In this document: in pieces, positions 36,904 through 50,382 of the stretch
How positions within the stretch are numbered: position 1 is the stretch's first letter
Layout of the letters: each line of letters starts with the position of its first letter
Assembly (NCBI RefSeq): GCF_963921235.1
Contig: NC_086097.1
Location: forward strand, 132,124,001 to 132,188,000
Length of the DNA: 64,000 bases
DNA from: Mobula hypostoma
Lineage: Eukaryota
Direction: 5' to 3'
The notes under the pieces: generated by a model
Databases searched by the model: none
Told to the model about the DNA's origin: nothing
The model's input: only the letters and a program-made list of their open reading frames with translations
Position numbers and translations under genes: made by a program

Positions 36904-39089
36904 ATTACTGACCTTCACTGCATTTTTTCTGTGGTTGATACACTATATTCTGCATTCTTTTATTGCTTTTCCCTTGCACTTTGATGTACTTATGTTTTGA
37001 AATTATCTGTGTGGGTAGCATGCAAAACAGCTTTCACTGTTCGTTGGTACATATGTCCATAACAAACCAATTACCAGTTACCAACTTAAATGGATAGGGA
37101 AGATTTAGCGAGATATGGATCAAATGTGAGCAAAGGAGACTAGCTCAGGTGGGCACCTTGGTCAGTATGGATAAATTTGGTCAGACAGACCATTTCCATG
37201 CTGTAAGTATGGTGGGGGCAGGGGGGGGGCGGTGAAGATTAAGCCTCACTGGACAGAAATTGGTCGGATTAATTAGAATACCTTTGTCTTCAAAGCCTTG
37301 GTAAGTGTTGGTGTCTGCATTCCACATCCACAATCACATCCCTTTTTTGTTTAATTGCATAGCTGGAGATTGGTTGAGATTGGGATTAATTTCATTGTTT
37401 TTCCTCAGCAGCCTAGATATAGGTTTTCTGTTTTGAAATATAATTTAAAGTTATTCATAAAATGATATTCTATTCAATATAGGCGTGGATGAAATACTGG
37501 TGTGGATGAAATTCCATTACCATCTTCATTAGAAATATCACATAAGCAATTAAGTGTTGAACCAGGTGTTGAATTCAAAATGACTAGCTATGATAAATAT
37601 CTAAATTCAATCACCCTGGGCCTGGCTCAGTCCTGTATGCTTTTTTTTAAGGTAGATGGATATGTTCTATTTCCCATCAACATGATGGGTGGTAGGTGAA
37701 TGGCTGTTATTTGTGGCTTGAAGCACAGTGGCCAAATTTATATGATGGCTTGTTGCAACAATTTCTTTGAATTCAATTTATTTTAACTAACTTTGGAGTA
37801 GTTGAGGGGATAATCTGATTTTTAATAGCCTCATAATTCATGGCACTGAGCAGTAACGTTTCCACAACTGGGTGAGACAGTGAAAAGAAAAATACCCGGC
37901 ATTTCTTTAGCACCTGCCACATCTTCGGGATGTACCAAAGCACACATCGGCTCGGGAAGTACTTTTTGAGATGTAGATGCTTTTGTAAATTTGGACAAGT
38001 GGACATCAATTCATGCAGAGCAAGCAATCACATAACAAATGGAAAGGTTCAGGAAATGGGACACGGGGAAGGACCAGGTCTCCAAGAGTTGAGATCACAA
38101 CAGGAAGTTTACTTGTTCCATCATATTAACAAATTTACAGTGATGATGAATGAGGGATAGCAGCTTTGTGGGGATAACCACACCTCTTGGTCTGCAGTGG
38201 TTCAAGAAGGCACCTTCTCAAGGGCAACTAGCAATGGGCAATCAAATGCTGGCTCAGCCTAAGATGCACACATACCTTGAATGAATATATTTTGGTAAAT
38301 TGGTTTATTATTGTCATATGCCATTCCACTGAGGTACAGCGGAAACCTCTGACTGCATGTCATTCATGCCCACTATTTCATCATATCAGTACATTGAAGT
38401 AGCACAAGGAAAAACAGCAACAAAACAGATGAAGTGCAGTGCAGACACACAATAAGGTACAAAGCCATAATAAGGTAGATCTTGAGTTCAAGAGTCCATC
38501 TTATCATACAAGCATCCTATCAATAGTCTTATCCACGTGGGCCCGGAGGTCGGGTCAGTAGACCAGTCACTCATGGAGATCAGAAGAACACCAGACATTT
38601 AGCTAGGTTTAGAAGAACATTATCAGTAACTCTTAGAAATATATATATTAAATTTAAAAGAATGAAACAATTATAATGGAAGTAATGAGAGAGCAGAGAG
38701 CATATTGCTGCGAGTCACCAGGCTCTGGTGTTATCTTCCATCCCAGATTTTATTTATATAAAAAAAATGAAAATTAACCTGAAAGCTAGAAAATAGTATA
38801 TTGATCATCTTCAAGTTGTTGTAATTGAACATTGTACATCCACCTACAAAACTGGTGATCAGTTGGAATGAACATGTTACCTAAGAGGCACAGCCTCCAA
38901 CACAGAGCACCCTTTCATCCTGGGTTTGGGCATCAATTTTGGCTTCTCCTCTCAAATTTGAAGCAAACCTCAAAGCCTACAGCCTCTTCTGATAAGAGAC
39001 TAGAATGCTGTTTGCTTGAGCACGACCTGAATGTATGAGCTCTGGTTCAGAAAATTCCAGCAGGTGACAATATTGAGTTAAAGTCAAGT

Positions 39090-39630
39090 CTGAGCTTCCC
39101 AGTTTATAATTCAAAATTGTAATCTAATCATTGAATGAATACAGAGCTCTGAAAGGCAAAGGGATCTGGTATATAATTCACCAAAGTTTGGTATGCAGGT
39201 ACTACAGGTAATTAGGAAAGCTAATGGACTGTTATTGTTTATTGAGAGGAAAACTGAATACAAAATTAGAGATTACATGTTTGTTTTACAGTATATGGAG
39301 TATTAGTGTGACAATCCAACAATTTTAAGATCTTGTTAGTACAAAACCAGGTTCTTTAATCAAAATTCTGTTTTATGTATCAGTAATTTGAATTTAAACT
39401 CCCCAAATACCACAGTGGATTTCAATCACATGTTGGATCACAATAAAGGGTGCCTTTATGTTAGAAAAGGTTCAGAGAAGACTTGCCAGAACAATCCCTG
39501 GAATGTGTGATACATCTGATGAGGGAAGGTTGGCCAGGTTAGACATATGTCCATTGGAGTTTAGAAGAGTGAGAGGGCACTTGATTAAAACATATAAGAT
39601 CTTGACAGGGTGGATACTGTGAGAGTATAC
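39090..39630 (+). mobile_element. Decayed CR1 RT C-terminal fragments
   Basis: IRKANGLLLFI..EYK and LEKVQRRLARTIPGM-like motifs. Confidence 0.6.
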
Positions 39631-39639
39631 CGTATCTTC

Positions 39640-41130
39640 AGAGTCAGTTTTATTATCACTATTTTAAATGACATAAAATATGTTGTTTTGCAGCAGCAGT
39701 ACAGTGCAAAGACATACAATTGCTATAAGATAAAATGAAAATATATAGTGCAAAAAAGAAGAAATAATGAGGTTGTACTAATGGCCATTCACAAATTTGA
39801 TGGCAGAGGAGAAGAAGCTGATTCTGAATCATTGAATGTGGGTCTTCAGACTCTTGGACATCCTCACTGATGGTAGTAATGAGAAGAGGGTACATTACCT
39901 ATGGTGAGCGCCTTAAATGATGGATGCCATTTTCCTGAGGCACCTCCTGTTGTAGATGTCTTTAATGGTGGGCACGTTGAACCTGTGATGGAACTTTTGA
40001 GTCTACAACCCTCTGCAGCCTCTTGCATTATTGTTCATGGAAAGCTCCACACCAGGCTGTGATGCAACATGTCTGAATGCTGTCCTCTGTACATTTGCAA
40101 GTCTTCAGTGATATACCTCGTAATGAAGTAGAGCTGCTGGCATGCCTTCTTCATGATTCTATCAAAATGTCGGACCCAGGATAATTTCCCTGAGATGACG
40201 ACAGCCAGGAAATTGAAGCTGCTGACTGTTTCCACCGCTGACCCCTAAGTTCGGACAATGAGAGTGATTGGTGCATGGAGTGGTGGTAGAGGTGGATACA
40301 AAAGGGTTTCTTAGGAGACTCTAAGGTAGGTACATGGAGCTTACAAAAAAATAGACACTATGCAGTAGGGAAAGTCTAGGCAGTTTCTAGCGTAGGTTAT
40401 ATGGTTGGCACAACATTGTGGGCCAAAGGGCCTGTAATATGCCGTAGATTTCTATGTCCTATGTTCTATGTTCTATGTATGTGTTCTGCAGATCTCTCTT
40501 TCCTGAAGTCCACAATCAGTTCCTCAATCATGCTGATGTTGAGTGTGAGGGTCTTGTTGTGACACCACTCACCAGCTGATTTCTCTCACTGTTGTAGACC
40601 TCCTCATTGCCATTTGATATTTTGCCTATGGAAGTGGGGTCATCTGCAAATTTATAAATGGCATTTGAGCTGTGCTTAGCCACAGTCGTGAGTTTAGAGA
40701 AAGTAGAGCAGTGAGTTCAGCATGCATCCTTGAGGTGCACCTATGCTGATTATCAGCAATCCATACTGACTATAGTGATGGGGAAGTTGATGATCCATTT
40801 GCAGAGAGAGGTACAGGCACCCTGGAATAAAAGCTTGATGATTAATACCAAGGGGATGATGCTATTGGATGCTGAACTGCTGCCTGGCATTGATTTTGCT
40901 ATTGTCCTGGTGGTCCAAGGCCAAGTGGAGAGCCAGAGATAGTGCATCAGCTGTAGAACTGTCGTGGCAGGTAGACAAACTGCAGCAAGTGCAGATCCTT
41001 GCTCTGGCAGGCAGGAGTTAATTCTAGCCATAACCAACCTCTTGAAGCACTTCATTATGGAAGATGTGAGTTCTATAAATCAATAGCCATTGAGGTATCC
41101 CACACTGATCTTCTTGAACACTGGTATGAT
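39640..41130 (-). mobile_element. Rex1/Babar LINE containing a plus-strand CR1 3' end (about 40250-40477)
   Basis: MKCFKRLVMARINSCL, KFADD-like motif at about 40640, VSSFNFL..KKACQQLYF. The insert ends in (TTCTATG)n. Confidence 0.85.
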
Positions 41131-41139
41131 CACTGTCAC

Positions 41140-41525
41140 ACACTTTTCCCATGGTCTACCCTCCTCCAGTATTCGCATCTGCTCTCCCTACCTCTGTCAC
41201 TTGATTCCATGCTCTACCTTCTTTTCCCATTAGCTTCCGTTATCTTCAACCCTTTGTTGTCTCTGTCTATCATCTTCCAGTCTACCACTCTTTCCTCCTC
41301 TATCTGTCCATCACACTTCCTCACCTGGATTCACCTATCACTTGCCAGCTCTTTCTCCACCTCTTCCCTTCACCTTTTTACTCTGGCTGTCTCTCCTATA
41401 TCTTTCAGTCCAGATGTAAGACCTCAACACGAAACATCAATTGCCCATTTCCCTCCACAGATATTGCATTCTTACAGCACCTTGTTTGCTGCTCCAGATT
41501 CCAGCATCTGCATTCTCTTGTGTCT
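41140..41525 (+). mobile_element. Penelope-type 3' region and pLTR with a decayed hammerhead
   Basis: Pyrimidine-rich body, then AGTC-CAGATGT-AAGACCTCAACAC-GAAAC-ATC-AATT at 41407-41442 and GCTCCAGATTCCAGCATCTGCA. Confidence 0.6.
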
Positions 41526-43131
41526 TTCAAATTATATTCCTAATCCTTCAGCAAACTCTCCAACTTCAGTGTCAGCATATGCTTAATGTTGTTGTGATAT
41601 GTCTCTTTAGAGCAGTAAATACAGGAAACCTTTCTTTTAATTTCAGTCTGGACTGCTTCCAAATTATGCCCAGAAACATTCTACACATCCCACAGTTATG
41701 TAGTTGCTGCTATCTTGTAAACAGCATGAGAACTTTATCGCAAATCTATATAATTGCAACATGCACATGTCTTCGCGAGTGTGGGAAATGCCCCAGGGGC
41801 AAAAGAACAAACTGAATGTCTCAGATGTCCAAATTCAAAAATCATTATCTTTTTTTTTAAGGAGGAAGAAACAGATTTTTTTCCATTCACTAAAAGGTAG
41901 CCCCCATTCTGACAGAAAAAAAACCACATCAATCAATCAATCAATCATTCCCTTAACAGAAAGTTTAAACTCTTTTTGATCAAATTTCTTTCATGATACA
42001 AACCTTCCTGATATGTTTAGAATGTAGGCAGCGTTGAGAGTGGGAGACGCAGACAGGTCAGAATGGATTAGGATGGGCCATTTTATTCTCTGAAGGATAT
42101 CACAAAACTAAGCATGTTTTTTAATAATACTTCATTAGCATTATCTACAGTAGCTTTTAATTCAAAATTATTTACTCAACCACATTCAAAGATCCCTGCT
42201 GCATCTGGTAACCCTGTGATCTCTCTCTCGGAGGCCAATGTCAAGCTGTCTTTCAGAAGGCTGAACCCTTGCAAAGCAGCAGGGCCTGCTGGAGTACCAG
42301 GTAAGGCTCTGAAAACTTGTGCTAACCAACTGGCATGACTTTTCAAGAACATTCTCATTTTCTCACTGCTACCATCGGAAGTTCCCATCTGCTTCAAAAA
42401 GGCAACAGCTGTACCAGTGGCTAAGTGTGAGCTGCCTTAATGTCTGTTGTCCTATGGCACTCATATCTACGATGGTGAAGTGCTTTGAGAGGTTGGTCAT
42501 GGCTAGAATCAGCTCCTGCTCAGTAAGGATCTGGACCCACTGCAATTTGCCTATTGTCACAATTGGTCTGTGGCAGACTCAATCTCAGTGGCTCTTCACA
42601 CTGCCTTAGATCACCTGGACAATACAAACACCTATGTCAGGATGCTGTTTGTTAACTATGACTCAGTGTTTAAGATGATCACCTCCCTCTGTAATAGGAT
42701 CCTCGACTTCCTGACTGGAAGACCGCAATCTGTGCAGATTGGTGATAATATCCTCCTCGTTGATGATCAACACTGGCGCACCTCAAGGGTGTGTGCTTAT
42801 CCCACTGCTCTACTCCCTCTATACCCTTGACTGTGTGGCTAGGCACAGCTCAACTGCCATCTAACAATTTGCCGATGACACAACCATTGTTGGTAGAATC
42901 TCAGAAGGAGAAGACAGGGCGTACAGGAGTGAGATATACCAGCTAGTTGAGTGGTGTCATGGCAACAACCTTGCACTCAATGTCATTAAGACAAAAAAGC
43001 TAATTGTGGACTTCAGGAAGGATAAGATGAGGGAACACATACCAATCCTCAAAGAGGGATCAGAAGTGCAGAGGGTGAGCAGCTTCAAGTTCCTGGGTGT
43101 AAAGATCTCTGAGGATCTAACCTGGTCCCAA

Positions 43132-45922
43132 CTATCATTGGAAAGAGATGACATAGAAGGTCATGGAAGGTGTAGAGTCTCTATGGGTTGAGTTAAGGAA
43201 TGGCAAGGGTAAAAGGACCCTCATGGCAGTTGCATACAGACCTCCAAACAGCAGCCAGGATATAGATTACAAATTACAACAGGAGGTGGAAAAGGCATGT
43301 CAGAAATGCAATGTCATGATAATCGTTGGGGATTTTAGCATGAAAGTGGATTGGGAAAACCAGGTCAGTACTGGACCTCAAGAGGGAGAATTTGTAGAAT
43401 GCTAAGGGATGGCTTTTTAGAACAGCTTGTTGTTGAACCCACTAGGGGATCAGCTGTGCTGGACTGGGTGTTGTGCAATGATCCGGAGGTGATAAGAGAG
43501 CTTAAGGTTAAGGAACCCTTAAGAAACAGAGATCACAATATGATCGAGTTCACATTGAAATTTGAGAGGGAAAAAATAAAATCCAATGTGATGGTATTTC
43601 AGTGGAATAAAGGAAATTACAATGGCATGAGAGGGGAACTGGCCGAAGTTGACTGGAAATGGACATTTGCAAGAAAGACAGCAGAGCACCAATGGCTGGA
43701 GTTTCTGCAAAAACTGAGGGAAATGCAAGACAGATATATTCCAAAAAAGAAATTTTCAAAGGGAAGAAGGATTCTACCATGGCTGACAAGTGAAGTCAGA
43801 GCCAAAGTAAAAGCAAAAGAGAGGACATACAAGGAAGCCAGAGCTAGTGGGAAGACAGAGGATTTGGGGAGAATTTAAAAACTTGCAGAAGGAAACTAAG
43901 AAGCTCATTCAGAAGGAAAAGATGAATTATGAGAGGAAAGTGTCAACCAATATCAAAGGTACTTAAAGCTTTTTTAAGTATACAAAGGGTAAAAGAGAGT
44001 CGAAGGTAGATAAAAGACCAAAATGACACTGGAGATATTGTAATGAGAGATGCAGAGATGGCAGAGGAACTGAATGCATATTTTGCATCAGTCTTCACAG
44101 ACTGCAGTATACCGGATATTCAAGAGTGTCAGGGAAGTGAAGTTTATGCAGTGAAAATTACGACTGAGAAGGTGCTCAGGAAGCTTAATGGTCTGAGGGT
44201 GGATAAATCTCCTGGACCTGATGGAATGCAGCCTTGAGTTCCAAAGGAGGTAGCTGGAGAGATTGCAGAGGCATTAACGATGGTCTTTCAAGAACCCATA
44301 GATTCTATATTGTACCGGATGACTGGAAAATTGCAAATGGTATTCTGCTATTTAAGAAGGGTGGGAGGCAGCAGAAAGGAAACTATAGACCTTTTAGCCT
44401 GACATCAGTGGTTGGGAAGTTGTTGGAATAGATTGTTAGGGATGGGATTACGGAGTACCTGGAGACACATGACAAGATATTTATTGTCTATCTAGAGCTC
44501 TTAAAGATAGCGGAATCAAAGGTTATGGGGATAAGGCAGGAAATGGATACTGGTTGTGGATGATCAGCCATGATCACAGAGAATGGCGGTGCTGGCTCAA
44601 AGAGCCAAATGGCCTACTCCTGCACCTATTGTCTATTGTCTATAAGCCAAAGCCAGCATGGTTTCCTGAAAGAAAAATCCTGCCTGACAAACCTTCTGCA
44701 ATTATTTGAGGAAATTATAAGCAGGGTAGACAAAGGAGACGCAGTAATCGTGGTGTACTTGGATATTCAGAAGGTCTTTGACAAGGTGCTGCACATGAGG
44801 CTGCTTAACAAGATAAGAGCCATTGGAATTAAAGGGAAGTTACTTGCGTGGGTGGAGCATTGGCTGGTTGGCAGAAAACAGAGAGTGGGAATAAAGGGAT
44901 CCTATTCTGGCTGGCTGCTAATTACCAGTGGAGTTCGAGAGGGGTCGGAGTTGGGACTGCTTTTTACGATGTACTGTATGTCAATGATTTGGACTACAAT
45001 ATTAAAGGATTTGTGGCTAAATTTGCCAATGATACAAAGATTAGTGGAGGAGCAGGTAGTGTTGAGGAAACAGAGAGCCTGCAGAGAGTATTAGATAGTT
45101 TAGGGGCACGGGTAAAGAAGTGGCAAATGAAATACAATGTTGGAAAGTATATGTTCATGCACTTCGGTTGAAGAAATCAACAAGCAGACTATTATTTAGA
45201 TGGGGAGAGAATTCAAAATGCAGAGATGCAAAGGTTAACGTCCAGGATGAGTCGGTGGTGAAGAAGGCAAATGCAATGTTGGCATTCATTTCTAGAGGTA
45301 TAGAATATAAGTGCAGGAATATAATGTTGAGGCTCTTTAAGGTACTCGTTACACCACACTTGGAGTATTGTGTGCAGTTTTGGGCTCCTTATTTTAGAAA
45401 GGATACACTGACATTAGAGAGGGTTCAGAGAAGATTCACGAGAATGATTCCAGGAATGAAAGGGTTACCATATGAGGAATATCTGACAGCTCTTAGGCTG
45501 TATTCCCTGGAGTTCAGGAGAATGAGGGGGATCTCATAGAAACATTCTGAATGTTAAAAGGGCTGAACAGATTAGATATGGCAAAGTTATTTCCCATGGT
45601 AGGGGAGTCTAGGACAAGAGGGCACGACTTCAGGATTGAAGAACATCCATTTAGAACAGAGATGTGGAGAAATTACCTTAGTCAGAGGGTGGTAAATCTG
45701 TGGAATTTGTTGCCACGAGCAGCTGTGGAGGCCAAGTCATTAGGTGTATTTAAGGCAGAGATAGATAGGTTCTTGATTAGCCAGGGCATCAAAGGGTATG
45801 GGGTGAATGCAGCGGAGTGGGGATGACTGGAAGAATTGGACCAGCCCATGATTGAAAGGCAGAGCAGACTTGATGGGTCGAATGGCCTACTTCTGCTCCT
45901 ATATCTTATGGTCTTATGGTCT
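43132..45922 (+). mobile_element. 5'-truncated CR1 LINE ORF2 (endonuclease remnant and RT) with a nested CR1 3' end at 44480-44643
   Basis: YRPPNS, IVGDFS, DKSPGPDG, GNYRPFSLTSVVGK, AKFANDTK, PHLEYCVQFWAP; (TCTTATGG)n tail. Confidence 0.93.
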
Positions 45923-46428
45923 TATATCGACTCAGCTATAAAGAAGGCAAGACAGCTGCTATATATTTTTAGGAGTTTGAGGAGATTTGGTTTATCACCT
46001 AAAACACTAAAAAACTTCTATAGATGTAATGTGGAGAGCATTCTCACAGGCTTCATCACCGTCTGATAATAGGGGAAGGGGAGCTGGGTTACTGCACAGG
46101 ACTGAAAGAAACACAGAAAGTTGTAAAAATAGTCACCTCCATTTTGGGTACTAGCCTTCGTAGCATCCAAGACACCTTCAAGGGGCGGTGCCTCAGAATG
46201 GTGGCATCCATTATTAAGGACCCCCACCGCCTAGGACATGCCCTCTTCTCATTGTTACCATCAGGAAAGAGGTACAGAAACCTGAAGGCACACACTGAGC
46301 AATTCAGAAATGGCTTCTTCCCCACTGACATTTGATTCCTAAATGGACATTGAACCCATCAACACTACCTCACATTTTTAAAAAAATATTATTTCTGTTT
46401 TGCACTGTCTTTAATTTAACTGTTTAAT

Positions 46429-46449
46429 ACACACACACACACACACACG

Positions 46450-46500
<51 letters not shown>
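46429..46500. repeat. Compound (AC)n(AT)n microsatellite in the Rex 3' UTR
   Basis: Dinucleotide runs are directly visible. Confidence 0.97.
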
Positions 46501-47169
46501 TTGCTGTAATTGATTTACTTATTTATTTTCTCTCTTCTATATTATCATGTATTGCAATGTACTGCTACTGCTAAATTAACAAATTTCACGACATACGCTG
46601 GTGATCATAAACCTGATTCTGATATATAGGCAACCCCTTATTTGGGACAACACTTAAAGAATAAAAACTAATTGAGAAAATAGCCAGGATTCCCTTCATA
46701 TATTTGGGACACTATGCCACTTAATTAGGACAGGAGATTGCTGCCGAACAGTTTCTAATTAGTGTCAGCTGCATGAACTTGTGTGGCTGTTAGACGCTAC
46801 ACCGTGCTTAGAGCAAACAGTTTTTAAATAGCATCAGTTGCGTGTGTCTGTGTTCAAATAGCAGTGATTTTTGTCACTGATAGTTGGAGAGAAGTAAGCA
46901 GTAAGAATCGTTTTGCTCACTGTGGTTTCAAGCATTTAGACTTGTATTTGTCAGAAACAGCCAGGATTAAAAATGAAGTGATTTCACTACTTCAACAAAT
47001 TAAGAGCTATGAGTAATTTGCAGATATCAACAATCATTTTGAATGTTACAATGAAAATGAAAATTTGGAAGATGGTATCATCGAAAACATTGCATGAAGG
47101 CAGCCCATTATCTGCACTAGGTGTTGGTGCTAATTTTCGTCATTTACAGTCAATCAAAAGAACACAGCT

Positions 47170-47580
47170 GTGTGGTGGTTATCTGTCATTTCTGATGACG
47201 ACAGTGAAACCTGTGTGGGAGAGTCTTTAAAGTGGAAAAGCCACCGCACTGGGACAGTTCCACTAGCTCAACCTCAGAAGTCTGGGTCCGGTGGTACGAG
47301 TAGTCGTCACAAACTGGGGTCTTTCTTGGTTGCAGTGGATAACTGTGACTTCTTCTGTTATGCCCTTGTCATGCCCTTCACTCTCCACAAAGCATTACAG
47401 AACCACCCTCCTGGCCATTGAATCTCACTGTTGATCTCATCCGCCTAGTCTGCCGGAGCTCAGTCAGGCATATCCATACCTCACATGGTAGCCTGCCTTT
47501 TGAAGTGTGTGGCTGCTGTCATATACAAAAGCTACTTGGAGACATAGGTGAGAACTGAGTCTCTTCCCGGGACACCCCAC
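47170..47580. mobile_element. Unclassified repeat nested in the Tigger-like element (possibly RTE-derived)
   Basis: GC-richer block interrupting the host between AAAAGAACACAG and ACATAGTAGTG. No ORF recognised. Confidence 0.35.
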
Positions 47581-47782
47581 ACATAGTAGTGTATAATGAA
47601 TGAATACCTCCATCAATAACTATTATGAACTAATGCATAGATTTATAGTACTATAGTAGCATTGGTAGTGCTCTAATTTGTTCTGTATTTCATTTAATTT
47701 ACTAATGAATTGATCCACTTGACCCAAAACAGGAGTGTGTGGGCCATGGCAGTCAAAACCCAAACTGGGCATGGCACCTGAT

Positions 47783-48695
47783 GATAGTCATAGTCATAGT
47801 CATACTTTATTGATCCTGGGGGAAATTGGTTTTCGTTACAGTTGCACCATAAATAATTAAGTAGTAATAAAAACATAAATAGTTAAATAGTAATATGTAA
47901 ATTATGCCAGGAAATAAGTCCAGGACCAGCCTATTGGCTCAGGGTGTCTGACCCCCCAAGGGAGGAGTTGTAAAGTTTGATGGCCACAGGCAGGAATGAC
48001 TTCCTATGACACTCTGTGTTGCATCTCAGTGGAATGAGTCTCTGGCTGAATGTACTCCTGTGCCCAACCAGTACATTATGTAGTGGATGGGAGATATTGA
48101 CCAAGATGGCATGCAACTTGGACAGCATCCTCTTTTCAGACACCACCGCCAGAGAGTCCAGTTCCATCCCCACAACATCACTGGCCTTATGAATGAGTTT
48201 GTTGATTCTGTTGGTGTTTGCTACCCTCAGTCTGCTGCCCCAGCACACAACAGCAAATATGATCGCACTGGCCACTACAGACTCGTAGAACATCCTCAGC
48301 ATCATCCGGCAGATGTTAAAGGACCTCAGTCTCCTCAGGAAATAGAGATGGCTCTGAGTCTCCTTGAAGACAGCCTCAGTGTTCTTTGACCAGTCCAGTT
48401 TATTGTCAATTCATATCCCCAGGTATGTGTAATCCTCCACCATGTCCACACTGACCCCCTGGATGGAAACAGGGGTCACCAGTACCTTAGCTCTCCTCAG
48501 GTCTACCACCAGCTCCTTAGTCTTTTTCACATTAAGCTGCAGATAATTCTGCTCACACCATGTGACAAAGTTTCCTACCGTAGCCCTGTACTCAGCCTCA
48601 TCTCCCTTGCTGATGCATCCAACTATGACAGAGTCATCAGAAAACTTTTGAAGGTGACAAGACTCTGTGCAGTAGTTGAAGTCCGAGGTGTAAAT
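47783..48695 (-). mobile_element. Young 5'-truncated Rex1/Babar LINE with a (GACTAT)n tail
   Basis: LYTSDFNY..QKFSDDS RT motif; ORF 47931-48305 ends SFLPVAIKLYN; tail at 47783-47805. Confidence 0.9.
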
Positions 48696-49109
48696 GATGA
48701 TGATGGTGACGATCTAAATGCATAATTAATTATTCAGTTAAATGGTAACTTGTCTTTTTTATACCTTTTTAACTATTTCCATGAAACTTTGGCTAACTAG
48801 GGCAGCCACTTCATTGGTCCAAAGCATACTGATCCTGATGTGTTCCAATTAACAGAAATCCACTGTATTAAAAAAATTCCTCGTGTTACGTAGTTGGTGT
48901 TCTGCTCATGTTCATTTGTTTCACTTCAGTTTCATCACAGAATCTGGCCTTTACCCCATCATGCTGTTCGGAGATGCAGTATCTTTGGAGAAATGAGTAT
49001 TACAGTCCTGTAATGTAGAAGTGCACTCTTTAAGGTGAATTATGGTATGGATGACCACCCTTCTAGGAAGTGCTCCTCCCTTTGGGTTTCGTACCCCAAT
49101 GATGGTACA

Positions 49110-49290
49110 GGAGTCACAAGTAGCACAATGATACAGAAGTTAGGGGTGACCTCAAGTACTGCCTGTGTGGAGTCTGCACACTTATCCTCTCAATTTGTTG
49201 ATTCCTCTGGGTGCTCTGGTTCCCTTTCATCTCCCATGACACACTTGTCGGTTAATTACCAAGTTTTGCCAATTATCCACTTAAAGTGCA
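49110..49290 (+). mobile_element. V-SINE fragment
   Basis: GCCTGTGTGGAGTCTGCACAC..TCCTCTGGGTGCTCTGGTTCCCT V-domain. Confidence 0.65.
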
Positions 49291-50382
49291 GGTATTTGGC
49301 AAAAGGGAGAACAGGTTGCAGAGGTAAGCGTAATAAAGAGGAGGGCTATAGAACCAAAGGGGTTGATCTTCTGGGAGTTGACGTAACTTACTTTGGATAC
49401 TTTTCACTGGTTTGTGTTCTCTGCTAACTGAACGGCAGGTAAGTGAGGCTATTTCCCTCTACATCTCTTCAAAATGATCCAAATAAAGAAATAAAGCCAG
49501 ATTTCCTTTTACAGACCAAATTAACTTTAACCAATTCACTGCTGCAATATTAACACAATTTAGTAACAAACAGGTCTTCAGTTCATTTGTTTTCGTAAAT
49601 TATTGTAATTCTACGTTTTTGCACCGTTTTGCTGCAACAAAACAAAAAGTTTCACGTCATATGTCAGTAATAATAAATCTGATTCTGATTCAGGGAAACA
49701 AATATTGGCATTGCCAGCATCATCCATGGCTCGTGAATGATTGAGTTGAGCTGAGCTGCATTCCACACTCATAAGGGCTTAATTATCTACGCAAGACTAA
49801 CACTGACCGTGGGGCAGATAACAAGGAAATCTCCAACAGTGCGGAGTGACATGCTTCTAAAGATCTTTTGAGTAGCCTTGATTATAACCCCGTAGAGTAA
49901 TGATCAATGGACAAATTGTGGTGATGGAAGGTCTCAGACCAGCAGATCATCAAACAAAGGCAATGTTGAGAAATGACACAGAACTTATCTCCCAGGCTTC
50001 TTAATCATCAAAAAAAAAGCAGACGGAGGATTTTCCTGTTTACATTAAGATGACAATGTCATGTAGCCTAAACCAAGCCAACCCCTCAGTGCTGGTTAAA
50101 GGTTGATCAGGCTGAGGCAATTGTCTAGAAAATAAGCAGCTTGGTAAGAACAATGAAAAGCAAACTACAGATATGAATTGAGATCAGTAGAGATCCGGAT
50201 CAGCACTCAAATCAGATAGACAGGGAAGGCTACAGACCCAATACAGGTAAATGGGAATAGTATAAGTGGTACTTGATGGTCAGTATAGAATTTGTGGGTC
50301 ACACGGCTCATTTTTCATCATTCCGTGATGTTTAAAACATGCTTGTGGGCATGTTTTGTTTGCCATTTTAATCAGTGTTATA

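Larger units (their letters stand above)
42185..46622 (+). mobile_element. Rex1/Babar LINE (42185-43131 and 45923-46622) split by a CR1 insertion
   Basis: [35 protein letters not shown] at about 42869, SSFKFLGVKISEDLTWS. It resumes with KKARQLLYIFRSLRRF and ends in a CTGATTCTGA tail. Confidence 0.9.
46628..48865 (+). mobile_element. Non-autonomous pogo/Tigger-like element interrupted by two insertions; left terminus not visible
   Basis: 46861-46935 translates AVIFVTDSWREVSSKNRFAHCGFKH (Tigger C-terminal W..V....NCF...GF pattern). Right end TTCCAATTAACAGAAATCCACTG followed by TA. Subterminal TTGGGACA repeats. Confidence 0.65.

Noticed and set aside
47192..47215. CTGATGA-CGACAGT-GAAAC hammerhead-like string
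   Set aside because: No helix II pairing and no cleavage strand able to form helices I and III was found.
49430..49446. Consensus splice donor CAG|GTAAGT
   Set aside because: No matching acceptor or coding frame upstream; such a motif is plausible by chance in 64 kb.
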